Assembly: GCA_000934665.2 (NCBI GenBank)
Contig: KZ538180.1
Span: 1 to 64,000, forward strand
Length of the DNA stretch: 64,000 bases
Direction: 5' to 3'
Origin: Catajapyx aquilonaris
Lineage: Eukaryota
The notes under the pieces are model-generated. The model saw only the letters and a program-made list of their open reading frames with translations. It made no database searches and had not been told where the DNA came from. The translations under genes were made by a program, and so were the position numbers. This document shows positions 39,001-52,447 of the stretch, piece after piece (within the stretch, counting starts at the first letter, position 1; every line of letters starts with the position of its first letter).

Positions 39001-41779
39001 GCAAATGCCAGTAAATCGGACTGGCAAAACTCCAGCAAAAATAATTGAAACGGGAAAAGTCAAAATTTATACTTTAAAGAGAAACTTGAGCGAAATCTGT
39101 TAAACTGACTCGGACACAATACAAAATATTTTTAAGAGTGTCGAATCAGTCGTGTATACATAAGCAGTGCTCGGGAGACAAAAATAACCATAAAATGAAA
39201 TATTCTAAACTATTATTATTTTCAATATTGATGCACAAGATGCTGAAACTGATAATAATAATTCACCGTAACACTCTGTATGCATGATGTACTGCTCCAT
39301 ACTCCCTCGAGCCTGAATAAAACACCGAAGAAAAATAATTTGCGGGGCAATTACAAACCGGTTCGCTTCACCTCAAGGGACCCTGAGCATGGAGCTGTAT
39401 TTCCTGAATGCAAACAGTTTCAAACATTTCAGCAGGAATCTATGGAAAATCGGAGCCACACAGTCGCTGCTTTGAGGCAGATTCAATTGCACTTGCTTTT
39501 TTGAAGAAAAAAAATGCACTACCTGCTGAGCTTTACAGTGCCAAACATTTACCCTCGTACACTTCTAGAGGCGACAAACTTGTTAAAACCAGAGCCTACC
39601 AGCTGTATGAGGCCTATATGGTGGTTGCCTTTCGGCTTCTAAAATGGGGAGAAATGTAACTGACAACGTGAGGAACAGTTTTGCATGCAAATATTCTGCT
39701 GTTAGCACAATGGTGCACCTGGGGCTAGTGTTATTATTTTCTTCCCCTGGTTATTTTGCACTTTAACCACCGATGCGCTTTTAAGCCTGGGAGTCAGTTC
39801 ATGCACGTTTTTTCGGTGGGGGGCGCAAAGCCCGGGGGCCGCATGAACAATCCAAACTGAATTTCCAAGTCCTCCGGACACGGCTCTCTGTACCGGCAAA
39901 AAGCCCGGAAATGAATTTTTCAGCAATATTTTCAGCGCCCTCGGGCCAAGGTCCTGATGACTTATAATCGGATAATTACTCGTTCATAACCTGGAATGTC
40001 AAGGTAAAGAGACCGCTATACAAAGGTAGGTGAGCATCCCTATATGATTAACGAGGTTTAAACTCTGCTGAATCTGCTGGAAGGGTTCTTGGACCTTGCC
40101 CAAACTACACAATTCATAAAGTAGGGGCTGTGGAGGCCCTGTGGGCCATGCAGTTCATGTTTGGCATTGTTATTTGCCCTGCACTCTGTCATGTATAAGA
40201 ACAGCCACAGTGGCCGCACTTCAAAACATGCGTGCAGGGGCGTAATTAATGGATTCTGTTGTTTGTCAACATTATTATGCAAAGTGAAAGTGATGCTGTT
40301 TTAAACCGTCTAATTACAAGCGCTAAATTGCATTTGGCATTTGTTCAAGTTCAGTGCCATTTAAAATTACTTCAAGCCAAACATTTGTTTTTTGCAGTTA
40401 CTACAGAGCAAGAATGGGAAATGTAATTTTTTTTTTGGAAATAATTATGTTCACGTTTCGGGCACTTTTAGCAATTCAGCAATTTTCCATATCTTCAAGT
40501 GCGGCAAGACCTGATCGAAACCAATTCCAGCAAGAAAAGCTAAGTTAACATGCACTATCGATTATTTACCATTCCTGTCAGTATCTGGGCACACTGTTGT
40601 TACCTCACCCGCGAATTACCGCAGGGGCAAAAAAAACAACTGCAAGACAGGCTCGCTCTCCATTTCCTCCTCAGATGGGTTCAGATGGGAGGAAAGACTA
40701 TTACGTGTTGTTCATCTGGCGTAAAATCCCTTCAGCGTTACTCCCGGATCCCCAAGTCGCAAATGAATTCCCAACTCGTCAACTTCTCACCCCCTTCTTT
40801 ATTTTATTTTATTTAACGCCTTCCCCCGTGAGAATCCCGCAGAATCCTTCAACCGACTTCTCGAAACTCCATAATCTTTTCCGCGGCTTCGTCGCAGTCA
40901 TCGGGAGACATAAAAAAATGGGCCTTTCTATCTGAATCTGCGACCTTTCTCCGCATTCGAGCCAATAGTTAACCCGAACCGGGTCCACCTCTCGAGGGAG
41001 AATGATAAAAACACAAGTTCCTTCCGGAATAATCCTCCATCCGACCCAAGGTTCAACTCGAAATAATCCTGCACGAATGACCCTCCAGGCACTAAAAGGA
41101 GCGTTTTCTCTTGCCACTCTTGGAGAAGAAGAAATAAGGAAAAGGTTTGGCTGAGAAAACCGCAACAAAAAGTTGTTCTTTTTTTTCAAGGTGACCCAGG
41201 TGAGAGATGAGACTCTTCTCGTTCTCGACACTACCAATGGGAGTTTCTCCTTATAATTAGGTTTCCCACCAAGTCACGCGTCTTTGCAACGGCCTCGAGA
41301 CTCATCCTGAGACCTAATTCCTCGGGATCAATGGATGTAACGAATTACAGCGACAATTGAGAGGGTGACAGAACCTTGGAAAGAAGGAAGGAAGCGAAAA
41401 ATGTAACGAACCAAGTCTCTAAGGGATTTTGGAGGAAGGAAAAAAAATTGGGATTTTTTTTGGCGAATTAGCGGTGGAATGAAATTCAATGCGCGCGTTT
41501 TACACGCCAGGAGGCGGCTCCGTCTCCTCCGCTGTTGCAATTCTTCTTTTGCAATCCTGCAGAGCAATCACTTACCCCCAGCCTTGAGAGCTCTCCCGGG
41601 AACCATCCCTGGCACGTCGGCGCAAATTTGCAGAAGAATTATCCCCGCATTTATATCAATTTACACCGTCTCCGAGAAAAGAAAAAAGAAGCGCGTCGGT
41701 TTGTCTCGGGCCCCGCCAGAAATCGCACGGATTCATCAGGGTATAATTACGTTCTTCTTCTCCCTTTTTTCCCCTTCAA

Positions 41780-41818
41780 CTTCTTCTTCTTCTCTTCTTC
41801 TTCTTCTTCTTCTTCTTC
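41780..41818. repeat. (CTT)n microsatellite, interrupted
   Basis: CTT run; explains the poly-Ser/poly-Leu tracts in ORFs 41479-42012 and 41535-41999. Confidence 0.92.
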
Positions 41819-44800
41819 CTCCGCCTTCCCTACTTCGTCATATTTTGTTCCGAACGTTGCGCTGCCGGGGAAACAAGAAAGCTGCGCTTTCAGGCGATTA
41901 TTTTTCTTGGAGGGGGAAATGTGTCCTCTGTCATTTTGGCATCATTGCTGGAAATGGGAACGACGCAGATTCTGTCTGGAAAGGGGGGGGGGGGACTAAA
42001 TGTGGTGTGTAATGTTTGAAAAGACGAAAAGGTTTTATCGATGCAACCAGACAATAGAAGTGACGTCACACTGGGCATCTGTTAATAGCGAAAATTGAGT
42101 GCATCTGGGCACTGCATGATACTGGAAATTTAGCTCAGAAATAACTGAATGTATTGAATGAAATGTTCGTCACGTAGTTGTCAAATTGTATGACTGGTAC
42201 ACTGCTTAAATTAACGGCGCAGGATGGTAAAATATTATATTTAAAAGACAGTGTAAACGAATTATGACAACGGGTTGCGGGTGTGAACAATCCATAACTT
42301 TTCCCCATTTAACTTCGTTTAAATTTATTACGTATTTGTGTACTGTACCATGCTAAATTCAAAACACAATATCAGTTATGATCAAATTGTGTGTTGATGT
42401 ATTTTTACACCCTGTTGTGTACATACCTGGAGATATACAAAATGATAGCTGCTGGCCCAATATGTGTGTCAAATTTGTGCATGCGCATTACTTCCCGCGA
42501 GAGTAATAAACCAATGTTTAATGAATTCTCTCCTCATAGCAACCAATCGCGTAGTAGTCACCGACACTATACCTGATCCGGTCGAGATGTCAAAATATTT
42601 TCAATCCATTACATCCGTACAAATGTCATTCGCACACGCCGCGACCATAACGACTACAAAAAAATATGCTGGGAGGGATCGATGAATTTTGAAAGTCGGA
42701 ACAAGTAGTGTACACATTCCCATGCACAACATAACACCGGCAGGCGTGCATTAATATATGATTCTACCGCGTAGCACTGCAGAAAAGCATCACAGGTAAT
42801 GAATGAGCTCACAATGCAAACACACGCCAACATTATTCCGGACTGTACATCACCTCTGTAGCCTTTTGCCTTTTTTTCCGCTTCTCCACATTCTATGCAC
42901 ATTATGCATTTACAGGTACACCACTGGAGTGCACCACAAAAAATTCCGAGTTGAGGAATTCTATAGTGATGGGCCAAAAAGACTATCCCTGCTGCTACTT
43001 TTCAGACGCAGTATGAGCGATCATTACTAGTCAATAATATTTCCACACCAAGCTCCGCTCTAGATGTGATGTACATGACCTCCGGATATCCTGTGATTCC
43101 GGAAACGCTTTGTCTTGGGCACAAAAGGCGGAATTAGTGGCGGCGAAGCGGAGGATCGTTTTCTGGCCCAGCTGGGCCAGAGCCCAACACGTCAACGCGG
43201 GTTGTGGTCCTAAACCCAAGGCTCTGGGTTTGAAGTAGCTTGTTGGGACCCAGCCCCTCGGATAACCTGAAGAGTCGACTCCGCTGATTAAGAGGTAAGG
43301 AGGCCACGATCCTTCTTGCAGCCTAAACCTCCGGGAGCCTGTTGAGATAAGATTCTGGCCTAGAAACACTGTTGGGGTAGGGCACTGGGCCCCACAAGAT
43401 ACATAAGGGGTATGCACTGCTGCTGCTTGCTGATGCAACTTTCTGCACCCTAGGTCTTATCTGCTAATTAGAGGCGCCAGGCAAGCGCCATATTTTATTA
43501 AAAGCCGTTAGGCCCCCTTCCCAATGATTTGGGCCGGTTGGCTTCCGGTTGGCCCACATTTTGGGACCCGATCGCAATGAATTTTCGAATATAGCTCGGT
43601 GCAGATAGAATCGAACAGGCCTGAAATTTGCACACACTACACGACCCACACACCAGTAGGACCGAGTTCACTGAGCTTTTTTTTCCTGCACAAATTACTT
43701 ATTGCGCAGTCTGGCCTGGTTGAATGGCACTGTACGTTACAGGCAGTTACATTAAACTTTGCATGGTAGACCACAGGGAATTATTTGAACATTTTCAATT
43801 TTTGTACTTGCCATTAGGCGGATTCAACGTGTGATCACTTCATCAAGCACATCACAACTTTAACTTTTGTCATCTGCAGTTTGCCAGCACAAAACCCGCA
43901 GTACAACAGGTCCGGCTGAACACAACGGCTCCGCCTCCGGGTTTGCTCAAACTAAATATTACGAACCCGAGTTTGGAAGCTCATCAAGTGAAGTGCGGGT
44001 CCCAGAGAAAACAAGAGGGGCCTCCACCCTATCGAATCCTCTGTCCCTAATCCGGGGGCGCAAATTACTTACATTGTGATGCTTCGTCTGCTGAGATGAA
44101 GAGAAAAAGAGAAATGAAAAGGTCCAGAGTGGCAACAGCAGAGATAGCCCGGAGAGTAGAATCTCTTCGCGATCTCGAAACAACCGGCCATTTGGAGTAA
44201 TGTCCGCTGCGTTGGAAAAAAGAAGCCTCTGGGGCTGTGGATGCGAGATTGCAGCACTAAGCAGGCGATTTGGACTTGATTAGCTGGTCGTCAAACCAGC
44301 GCCCCGACGACTCTATAACTGCTGACCCGCCAATGATTCCAGTTATTTTAGCAAAAAAAATCGGCTTTTTCCGAGGCGGGTAATGTACGTAGTGAATGAA
44401 GTTAATGAATATGGCTATGCTTTGGAGAGTGAAAAGATGGCCGCATAATTTGATACATTACGGAGCGCTTAATTATTCTCATCAGCGTTTCATCCCGACA
44501 AATGAGGCGTGTTTCTGGTGCTTATGAAAAGGCTTTTTCCGCGGTTTGTGGCGTCAAAGTTTAATTTGTGGGGATTTTTTAAAAAAAAGATGCGGTTTGG
44601 AGATAATCGCTGATAAAGATCTCGTGCCCTTAAAAGACATAGTTGCATTCATGAGTCAGCAACGGACAGGTCGGGAGCAATTTCACACAATTACGCCACA
44701 TAACAAGAGCATTGTGATATTTTTTCCATTGCACGTTAAATCACGCGCTAAATCCCTCGTAATAGGGGATCATGTAGATCAACTCTTGACAAAGTCTAAG

Positions 44801-46140
44801 CCACGTTATGGCTACATCCGCCTGCAACAGCGTCGCTACGGATTATGAATTTACAATGCGCAACAATAATTCGACGCCGAGGGGGAAAAAATCCCAGTAA
44901 AAGCTGGAGGAGCTAATAATTTTTTGAAAAAATTTAGCAAGCTCCACTAACCTTCCACATTAATGCAGGTTCTATCTCTCTCTTCTGCGCAGCAAAGATC
45001 ACATTATCGATCCCCAATTAACCGTCCCTTTTCTTTTCCTCCCCATATAACCGGGGAAGCAGGGGGTGATCATTTATCCGAAAAGTCAATAAGTCGTTAT
45101 GCACTAGAGCGTCCCTAATAGCTCACATTAGGCGGAATATTATTAAGGGGGAATTGGGGATCTCATCGGTGTTTAGAGAAGGAGTTTCATTTTCCAGAGA
45201 CGTGTATCTATAAAAACTTTCGGAAAGCGATTTGCCAGCACAAAATGAATAATTCAGGACCAAGCGGACCTGATGGATTGTCTGTCTTTGACGTGTACGG
45301 TTAGAGAACGTGTCCACCTGCACAGTTTTTTTTGTACGTCAACAGTACCGAGAATAAGTGCAAAGGGACCATTCCCCGAGCTACCTCTTGCATACCATAT
45401 TGCGAGGAACGAGGCGCAAAAGTTTAGACTTTCCCAATTTCAACTCCGGCAACGAATGGAAACTTTGTCTCCACCAGGCAGTTTGGAAACTTGGAGAAGA
45501 TGACGTAGCGGGCCCTTATTGCTCCTGATATGGACGCCTTTTCCCCCTTCCTCCCAACCCCTCCTTTTACTGCTGGAAGGAAAATCTGCAGGCCATTTGG
45601 ATTTTGCGAAACTCGAGGAAAAGGTCGTCCTTGATGTGTCCCTTTATTTTAAAGTTGAGACAAATGTTCCAAATCATTGCCTGGCAACAAAAATAGTCGT
45701 ATTTTTTGTAGTTCTTTAAGTCGTTAAATGCGGAATGTCACGCAATGTTTGTTCTCAAGAACATTATTCCGACACGACCCTGTTTTTTTTTTACTGAGTC
45801 ATGGCCCAGCAATTCCTGGCGATCCGTCCGCTGACAACACATAGACCACCTGCGAGTTACAGAACGGGGGCAACAATATTTCCACTAAAAGCCCATAACT
45901 GGGGCCTATTAATCCCTGCAGGAGACGGCGGAAATCCCGCTAGTCCTGCCCGGCCGTCAAACCAAATGGATGTTCTGGCGAAACAAGAAGTAGACCTCCG
46001 TGCGGTCGGCTTAATGCGAAATGAAATTTTGGGCGGAGCCTGGGAAAACCAGGATATAAACATGTAACTGGCTGCACGGAATATCTAGGTTAGAAGAGGG
46101 GCTGGAGATGACCAACACTTTTATTCGGGACAGCAATATG

Positions 46141-46276
46141 AAACATTCGCCGTTAGATGTCTCTCAAGGTTTCAGAGTACAAATCCTGCCGCTAGAGATC
46201 ACTCAAGATAGTCAACCGTTTGGAAATCCTGCCACTAGAGATCGGACAAGATGGCCGACCACTTTGGAAATCTCGC
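46141..46276. repeat. Diverged ~40-44-bp minisatellite, about 3 units
   Basis: Units start at 46141, 46181, 46224 and 46268 (partial), e.g. AAATCCTGCCGCTAGAGATCACTCAAGATAGTCAACCGTTTGG and AAATCCTGCCACTAGAGATCGGACAAGATGGCCGACCACTTTGG. Confidence 0.8.
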
Positions 46277-47474
46277 AGAATCCTTCTGGAGGCGGTGGCG
46301 AACAAAAGTGGCGGCCATCAAAGGAGAAAAGGAAAAGAGAGAGAGGGGGGGGAGGGGGTTAGAGAGAGAGAGGAGCCAACCCTTACACAAATCCATCTCC
46401 CTAATTCGCTTCCCATCTTCAAAGCTTCCTGAAGGGCCTTCCCTTCCCGTAGATTCGACCAGCTCAGCGCTTTCTTTTGCATAGCGGGTAACAAAAGAGA
46501 AGAGCGTCTCTGTGTGAGCACCTCTCGTTTTTTTTTCTTTATTCCCATAAGAAAAGTGAAGAGAGGGCTTGAAAGATTGGCTGAACCAGGTTGACTTCCG
46601 TTCTCTTCCGCAGAAAAAAAGGCGGATCATATGCGAGTTCGGTTTCAATTCGAACAAATCCTAACCCCGCCTTTTCTTTAACCGAGCCAAAAAAAAACCC
46701 GGGGCTGGAGAAGTGGCCGTTTCGGTTTTATCTACCGTAAAAACTCGGTCCGTGACGCATTAATTAAGCGGGTGTCCTCCCCCGCCCTAGTCGAACCCCT
46801 CTGGCTGCGAATGAAAATTAAGGTCGGGGCACGTCCAGTCTATAAAAAGTCACCCGCCAGGTTTATTTTCGGGGACTGGCAGAGGGTGGGCCTGTGCAGC
46901 TTCACAGAGGAGTCGAGGAGGGAAAAGGCCTATCGAGGCTCTCTTCTCGGAGGCGACAGATGGGTTCTAATTGCGATTTCATCGGCCGTGTCTATCTACT
47001 CTTTGCAGCTGGTCACATTGGCTTCCCATTCCCGACCGAGTACCAAACCTCACGGAAACTGCGTATATAGTCTCTGGAATATTTCCCAGACCCCTTCCTT
47101 GCAGCCAGTGAGAGAGCCCTGTGGTGTGGGCATCGATCGAAGGGGCCTATATTATTGCCTCCTTTTTCCTGTCGCAAATTTACTATTAAAATATTTATAA
47201 TATGATAAGGGCATTACGCTTGAGTTGCATGGTGAAATATCAGCAGGATAATTGCCATACGAGAATATTATGCAGCAAGTAAAAGGGAGATTTTTAAAAT
47301 CTGGAGGCTTATTCATCGTGGTTATACATGTCAAAGATTTTTTTGGGACAAATCTGTATTATGCAGCAATCAGCACTCTAGCAAGATGAAATTTATGTGA
47401 ATATCACCTTTAGTTGATAGTGCAGCGACAGAACGTATTTGTCCGATTATTCTGGCATATGAAACAACAACAGT

Positions 47475-47528
47475 CTAACATCCAGGATACACCCAATCTA
47501 ATCTTACGACTGATATCCTGGATGTTAG
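47475..47528. repeat. Perfect 15-bp inverted repeat with 24-nt spacer (possible MITE relic)
   Basis: CTAACATCCAGGATA (47475-47489) and TATCCTGGATGTTAG (47514-47528); a third degenerate arm, TAACAGCCAGGATA, lies near 47566. Confidence 0.75.
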
Positions 47529-49441
47529 GCAATCCTTTTAGCAAAAGTGGCGTTTGGGTTGCTCTTAACAGCCAGGATAACCATTATTTTCAGAAATTCT
47601 CCGACACTTTATTATCGGTTTTTTAAATTGCAAGTAATAGTAACTTTATGGCGTTATGAGTTCACTCCATAAGACTACATTGCTTTAGGCATATTCAGAA
47701 GTTACACATTAGAACCTACGTAATTAGTGCTCATTTAAAGTACTTTTTATCACGTCAACGAAATTCACACCTACCCTGTTTCTGTTCGCCAAATCTATAA
47801 TTGAGAATATACCGCTGGGGGCTTTTATCTTAGTTTTCGAAAATGTTCAATACGCCAAATGCAGGAATGTAGCCGCACTGCGTAAGCTATACGGTACACA
47901 CATCATGCAGACTCACAATAGCAACATGCTGGGTTTACATAAAATCGAGGATAAAATGGTAATCTAGAAAAATGGACCAGTAACATAACTTGATCCTGTG
48001 CCACAAACTAGTCAGAACTAAATTCCCCTGTGCAACATGAATGTATAATTAAGTTAAGACTGCTACAGGCAATGTGAGTACAGTATATCAAAGGTTTTTA
48101 AGAACAAGTTAGCAAATGCTGTTGTTTAAACATAACCCATAGTTTGTACCAGTTTCCACAGAAAATTACTTCCTCAATAGGTACTACCATTTACAATATT
48201 ACTGTATTTTAGAGTGCAAGACATATTGCCCATTGGCGCAGAGGTCAATGTTACTGCAATGGACACAAGAGAGCTCGCACTACTTCAAGTGGAAGTAATA
48301 TTTCAGGTTTCCACCAATCAGTTGCACGAAAGCAAATTATAGGAAAGTTTCTCATTATTCATACGTATTGACAATATAATCAGAGATTTTCTCTCAATTT
48401 AAGTTCATCCAACTGGTCTCGTTAGGTCTTCATTAGTATACTGACATGAACCACCTGCGCTGAAATTCAAATCAAAGCTAAAATGAAACTTCCAATAAAC
48501 CCATCACAAAAAAGCACGGCACCGCAACCCTATATTTAAAAAAGGAAATAAAAGCCACGGGAATATCAGGCCGAAATGAAAATATTCACCACGTCACCTG
48601 CCTATCCCTGCATTTTAGTCAAACATGCGAGTCTATTAGCAACCGATTCGGCAAATGCGTTTTATCCAAAAGTCGGGGGATGCGATCGATTCAGAAAATA
48701 TTTTTCCTCCACTTTTTCCCCTTCCCACCCACTCACAGTCAGTTAGCGTGTTTTCAAGCCTGGCAAAATCAGAACCCTGATGATAATCAATCATTTTGCA
48801 AGGCACCCCCCTGTTGGCCCGTCTCTCCTTCTGCCCATTTTCTTCTCCGGCAGCAGTCGTCAGCAGAGCAGAGCAGAGAGAGAGAGTCCTGAAAACAATT
48901 AGCATCTTGAACAAAATGCAGCACTCTCTCCGCCTCTCAACTCCTGTAAGCTTCCAGCATGTATAACACCCCGTAGAAGCACAAGTCCCATTAAGCCTCC
49001 GAGAGATGCAAAGCCAGTTTCCGCCTCCATAGAATCAACTGCTCCCCTGATGGGCGGGCGCATATATATCCTGCGACCCTCCCCTTATAAATAATCTCAG
49101 CAACGCATCAGCACTGCACCAAATGGATTCTAGGAGATCTCTTCTCCCCCCCCCCCCTTCCAGAAACCTGAAGGACCACCGGGTTACCACCCCCCACCTA
49201 CCACCCATCTAATAGGACTCTTCCGTAGCTCGGATTATAAACCTCGTTCGTAAAGATTAAGCCATTTGGGCTTAATGGGTCGTTTCGCCGGGACGGGTTC
49301 TCTTATGGACACGGTTCCGGTTGCGTGGCCACTATGATGGTCCAAGGAACAGGACAACTGACCCCCTGCTGGACACGAGCGGATAGTGCTCAGAAACACG
49401 GGCCATTAATCAATGCATCGCTTAAAACCTAATTAAACCAC

Positions 49442-49751
49442 ACTAGTCTTGGACTAATCACTAATGTGAAGTAAAATACGTATGGGATAAGTCTGGACTA
49501 AAATAAGTCTGGGATTAATCTGGACTACTCTTGGACTAGTGTTGACTAAAATAAGTCTGGGATTAATCTGGACTAGTCTTGGACTAGTGTTGACTAAAAT
49601 AAGTCTGGGATTAATCTGGACTAGTCTTGGACTAGTGTTGACTAAACAGTCTGGGATTAATCTGGACTAGTCTTGGACTAGTGTTGACTAAACAGTCTGG
49701 GATTAATATTGACTAGTCTTGGACTAATGTTGACTAAACAGTCTGGAATTA
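49442..49751. repeat. 48/46-bp minisatellite built from ~10-11-bp palindromic subunits
   Basis: Units start at 49496, 49544 and 49592 (48 bp, GACTAAAATAAGTCTGGGATTAATCTGGACTAGTCTTGGACTAGTGTT), then 49640 and 49686 (46 bp, AAACAGT variant), plus a partial unit at 49732 and a degenerate unit from 49442. Confidence 0.95.
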
Positions 49752-52409
49752 GCTTAGTCAGCTCTAATGCGTGGACTAACCGATATACAATACCACCCGA
49801 GGTGTTCCGGGTTGGGATGAAAAGCATGGACCCGGAACATGGCGAGTTTTCCGCGATCAAATCTCGCCTGCTCTGGCGCCGCATGTTTATCCGGGAGTGG
49901 CCTTTTGGATACGGTCCAAACTGTAGCAAAACTTTTCTTGGGTGAAGGATCGGCTGCTCCGGGTCCTTTTTGAGGAACGGGGTACAAAAGAGTGACCGGC
50001 GCCACATTTACGGGCCTGACAGACACGGTTCAAAATCCACGGACAAGCCAAATTGGTTGATTGCGGGCACTTCCCAATGTTTTTTTTTTCTTCTAGTGTG
50101 TGTACTAGTATCATCCACCAAACCCTGCTTCTTCCCAAACTGAGTAAAAAAGGCCTATAATACTTCCATCAAGGCGGGCCTATCGATTCGGTGCCAGACA
50201 AATGGTACGGACATCTTTAATTTAATCGCCCTCTTTCTCCTTCCAACCGCACTATATATAACCCGATCAGAAATTCAGCAGTGGTAGATAATAAGAATTT
50301 TTTGACACATCTCCAGGAAAGCGAATCCGACCGCAATGAAGCATATTTTCAGCTCGACACTATAGAGTGTTGAAATGTCACCTTGTACTGTACATAGATG
50401 TAAAACCCATTGCCGCTTTTGTAAAGGAAATAAAACGGTGCAGAGGGAGCAACTTTCCACAACCCTTACCACCAGGAACTTGATACAAATTGCAATAACT
50501 TTCTTCTCTCACATCGATTCCGCCGCGTTTTTTTCTCGCTCGAAGATTTTTTTTTCTCTCTCTCTCTCCAAAAAGTTGGAGTGTGGTTCAAATTCAAGCA
50601 GATCGTCGATGTGACGTGAGCTCAGCAAGAAGAAGGGCTGAGGTGGTGAGGTAGAGAGGATTGCTCCAGGTTTTCCGGAGTTTTGTCCCCAGCCCACCCC
50701 AACCACCCACCCACCCGGGATCTCCAAAGTGGCCATTTCTGCAGGCAGAAGGATCCCTAACCGCAGCTTTGTCAGCATAATCTAGCAAACTGCATCCCCC
50801 ACCCCACCCAACTGATTTTAATCCCGCCTCTCTGCTCGACGCACTTCCACCGCTTGTCCGCAAAAACCCTCCGGTTCTGTGCTTTGTAATATAAGTTTGC
50901 TCTTTAGTACAACCAGCGTAAACATACCCCGACGGTTTAATCCTGGCGCATGCCGGCAATAATGGGGCTAGACTGGGGGTTTTCAAATGATTACTGCTGG
51001 ACCGAGGATGGAGAGTTATTGTTTTCGCTATGCTAACAGTCAATAACAATAGCATTGACCCCCGCCGGGTGCGACATTATATACGCGGTCGTGCTGGATA
51101 ATGTTGCGGGGCCAAATTGGAGCATAATAATGTACTCAAAATAATTCTGGATCACTTACGCGGAAGGTCACATTGAGTTATACTGTCACACGGTATGTAC
51201 TGTACTGGTTGACGCACAAAAATTTAAATATTTATTTTGGACATAATAACGCTGCGCTTTGTTTTAATTTGTGCTATCCAAGTTTGGATCAACATTGACC
51301 GGAATGTATACTGTTTAATACGACGAAACATGTTTCCTCCAGTCTCAAAAAGTCAAAATTATTTTTCCTCCTGCAAGCTGTTCCGCATCTACAGTTCTCA
51401 AAAGTAGCCCCCATATACTTATGCTAAACCTCACCCATTTCTTTTTACGTATATGACAGCACTGGAATGGTGTATATACCTCCAGCATTTTGATTATTAC
51501 CATAAGCCTGCTAAAAGCAGAGCTCATTTCCCCCAAGAAAATCTGGTATTATATTTCCAGCTCTCTCTCACACACGCACATTCTCTCTGTGACCGTGGAA
51601 AAGTAGGGCCATACCCATGTCTTCCCAAATGTATATAGTGCAGTGCGGTGAAAATACTTTTTACGCCGACTGTATGGAACTTGTCGTGGGAGGGATTATT
51701 TGCTTTTCATATGGAAAATTCCAACCGAATTGACATTCATGAGATGATCTCTTCCAGTACACTGCTAACGCTTCTCTCTGTGTGTGATATAATATTCATG
51801 CAGCCGTTCGTGTCAAAGCCAGCGGTAGGCGGGTAATATTCCGGAGCTGCCCTTATCCTTAACTGCGACTTCCAAACGACAACTTCAGCTGCAAACTGCT
51901 TGTTGAGCGACAATTATTGCAGTACGCGCCTCGGGAAGAATAACAGCTCAAACTTCGCAAGAGTATCTCCCTCCCCGTGTGTTTTTGGCGAAATGGAGAA
52001 TTCGCAGTAGAAATGTTATTTACTAGTTACCTTTGCCCGGATCCTGCTTGCATCTCAATTATGCCCTCCGCTGCGGGATTTCATTTCAAACGTATCGGGT
52101 GACTTTCCTCAGGACTAAAACGCTACTAGGCCCAAGGTGCCTGGTGCAAGGAATTAACATGCCATGTGCTGAGACCATTCGCGACTTGCGCCGCTATTAG
52201 AACCGGGGCTAGTTGGATTCTCTTACATAAAGTGAGTCAGCCAGTGGCCCTTACAGCCGGCAGCTGCCTTATCTCCGGGCCAGCACGGGGGGAATCCGGA
52301 GCTTGCAACTTCATTAGCCTAACTTGGACGACTACTCATAAACAAAGGTGTCTGATAACCTTTTTCGGATTCCCTCCAGCTCTGACTCAGCTCTCAGCTT
52401 CCTGAAAGC

Positions 52410-52413
<4 letters not shown>

Positions 52414-52444
<31 letters not shown>
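52414..52444. repeat. (TC)n microsatellite
   Basis: Direct reading of a TC run. Confidence 0.95.

Positions 52445-52447
<3 letters not shown>

Noticed and set aside
41479..42012. Overlapping 177-aa and 154-aa ORFs
   Set aside because: Kept open by stop-free CTT and homopolymer tracts; low complexity with no domain.
49442..49751. Possible CRISPR array
   Set aside because: Units are contiguous with no unique spacers, there are no cas genes, and the context is eukaryotic.
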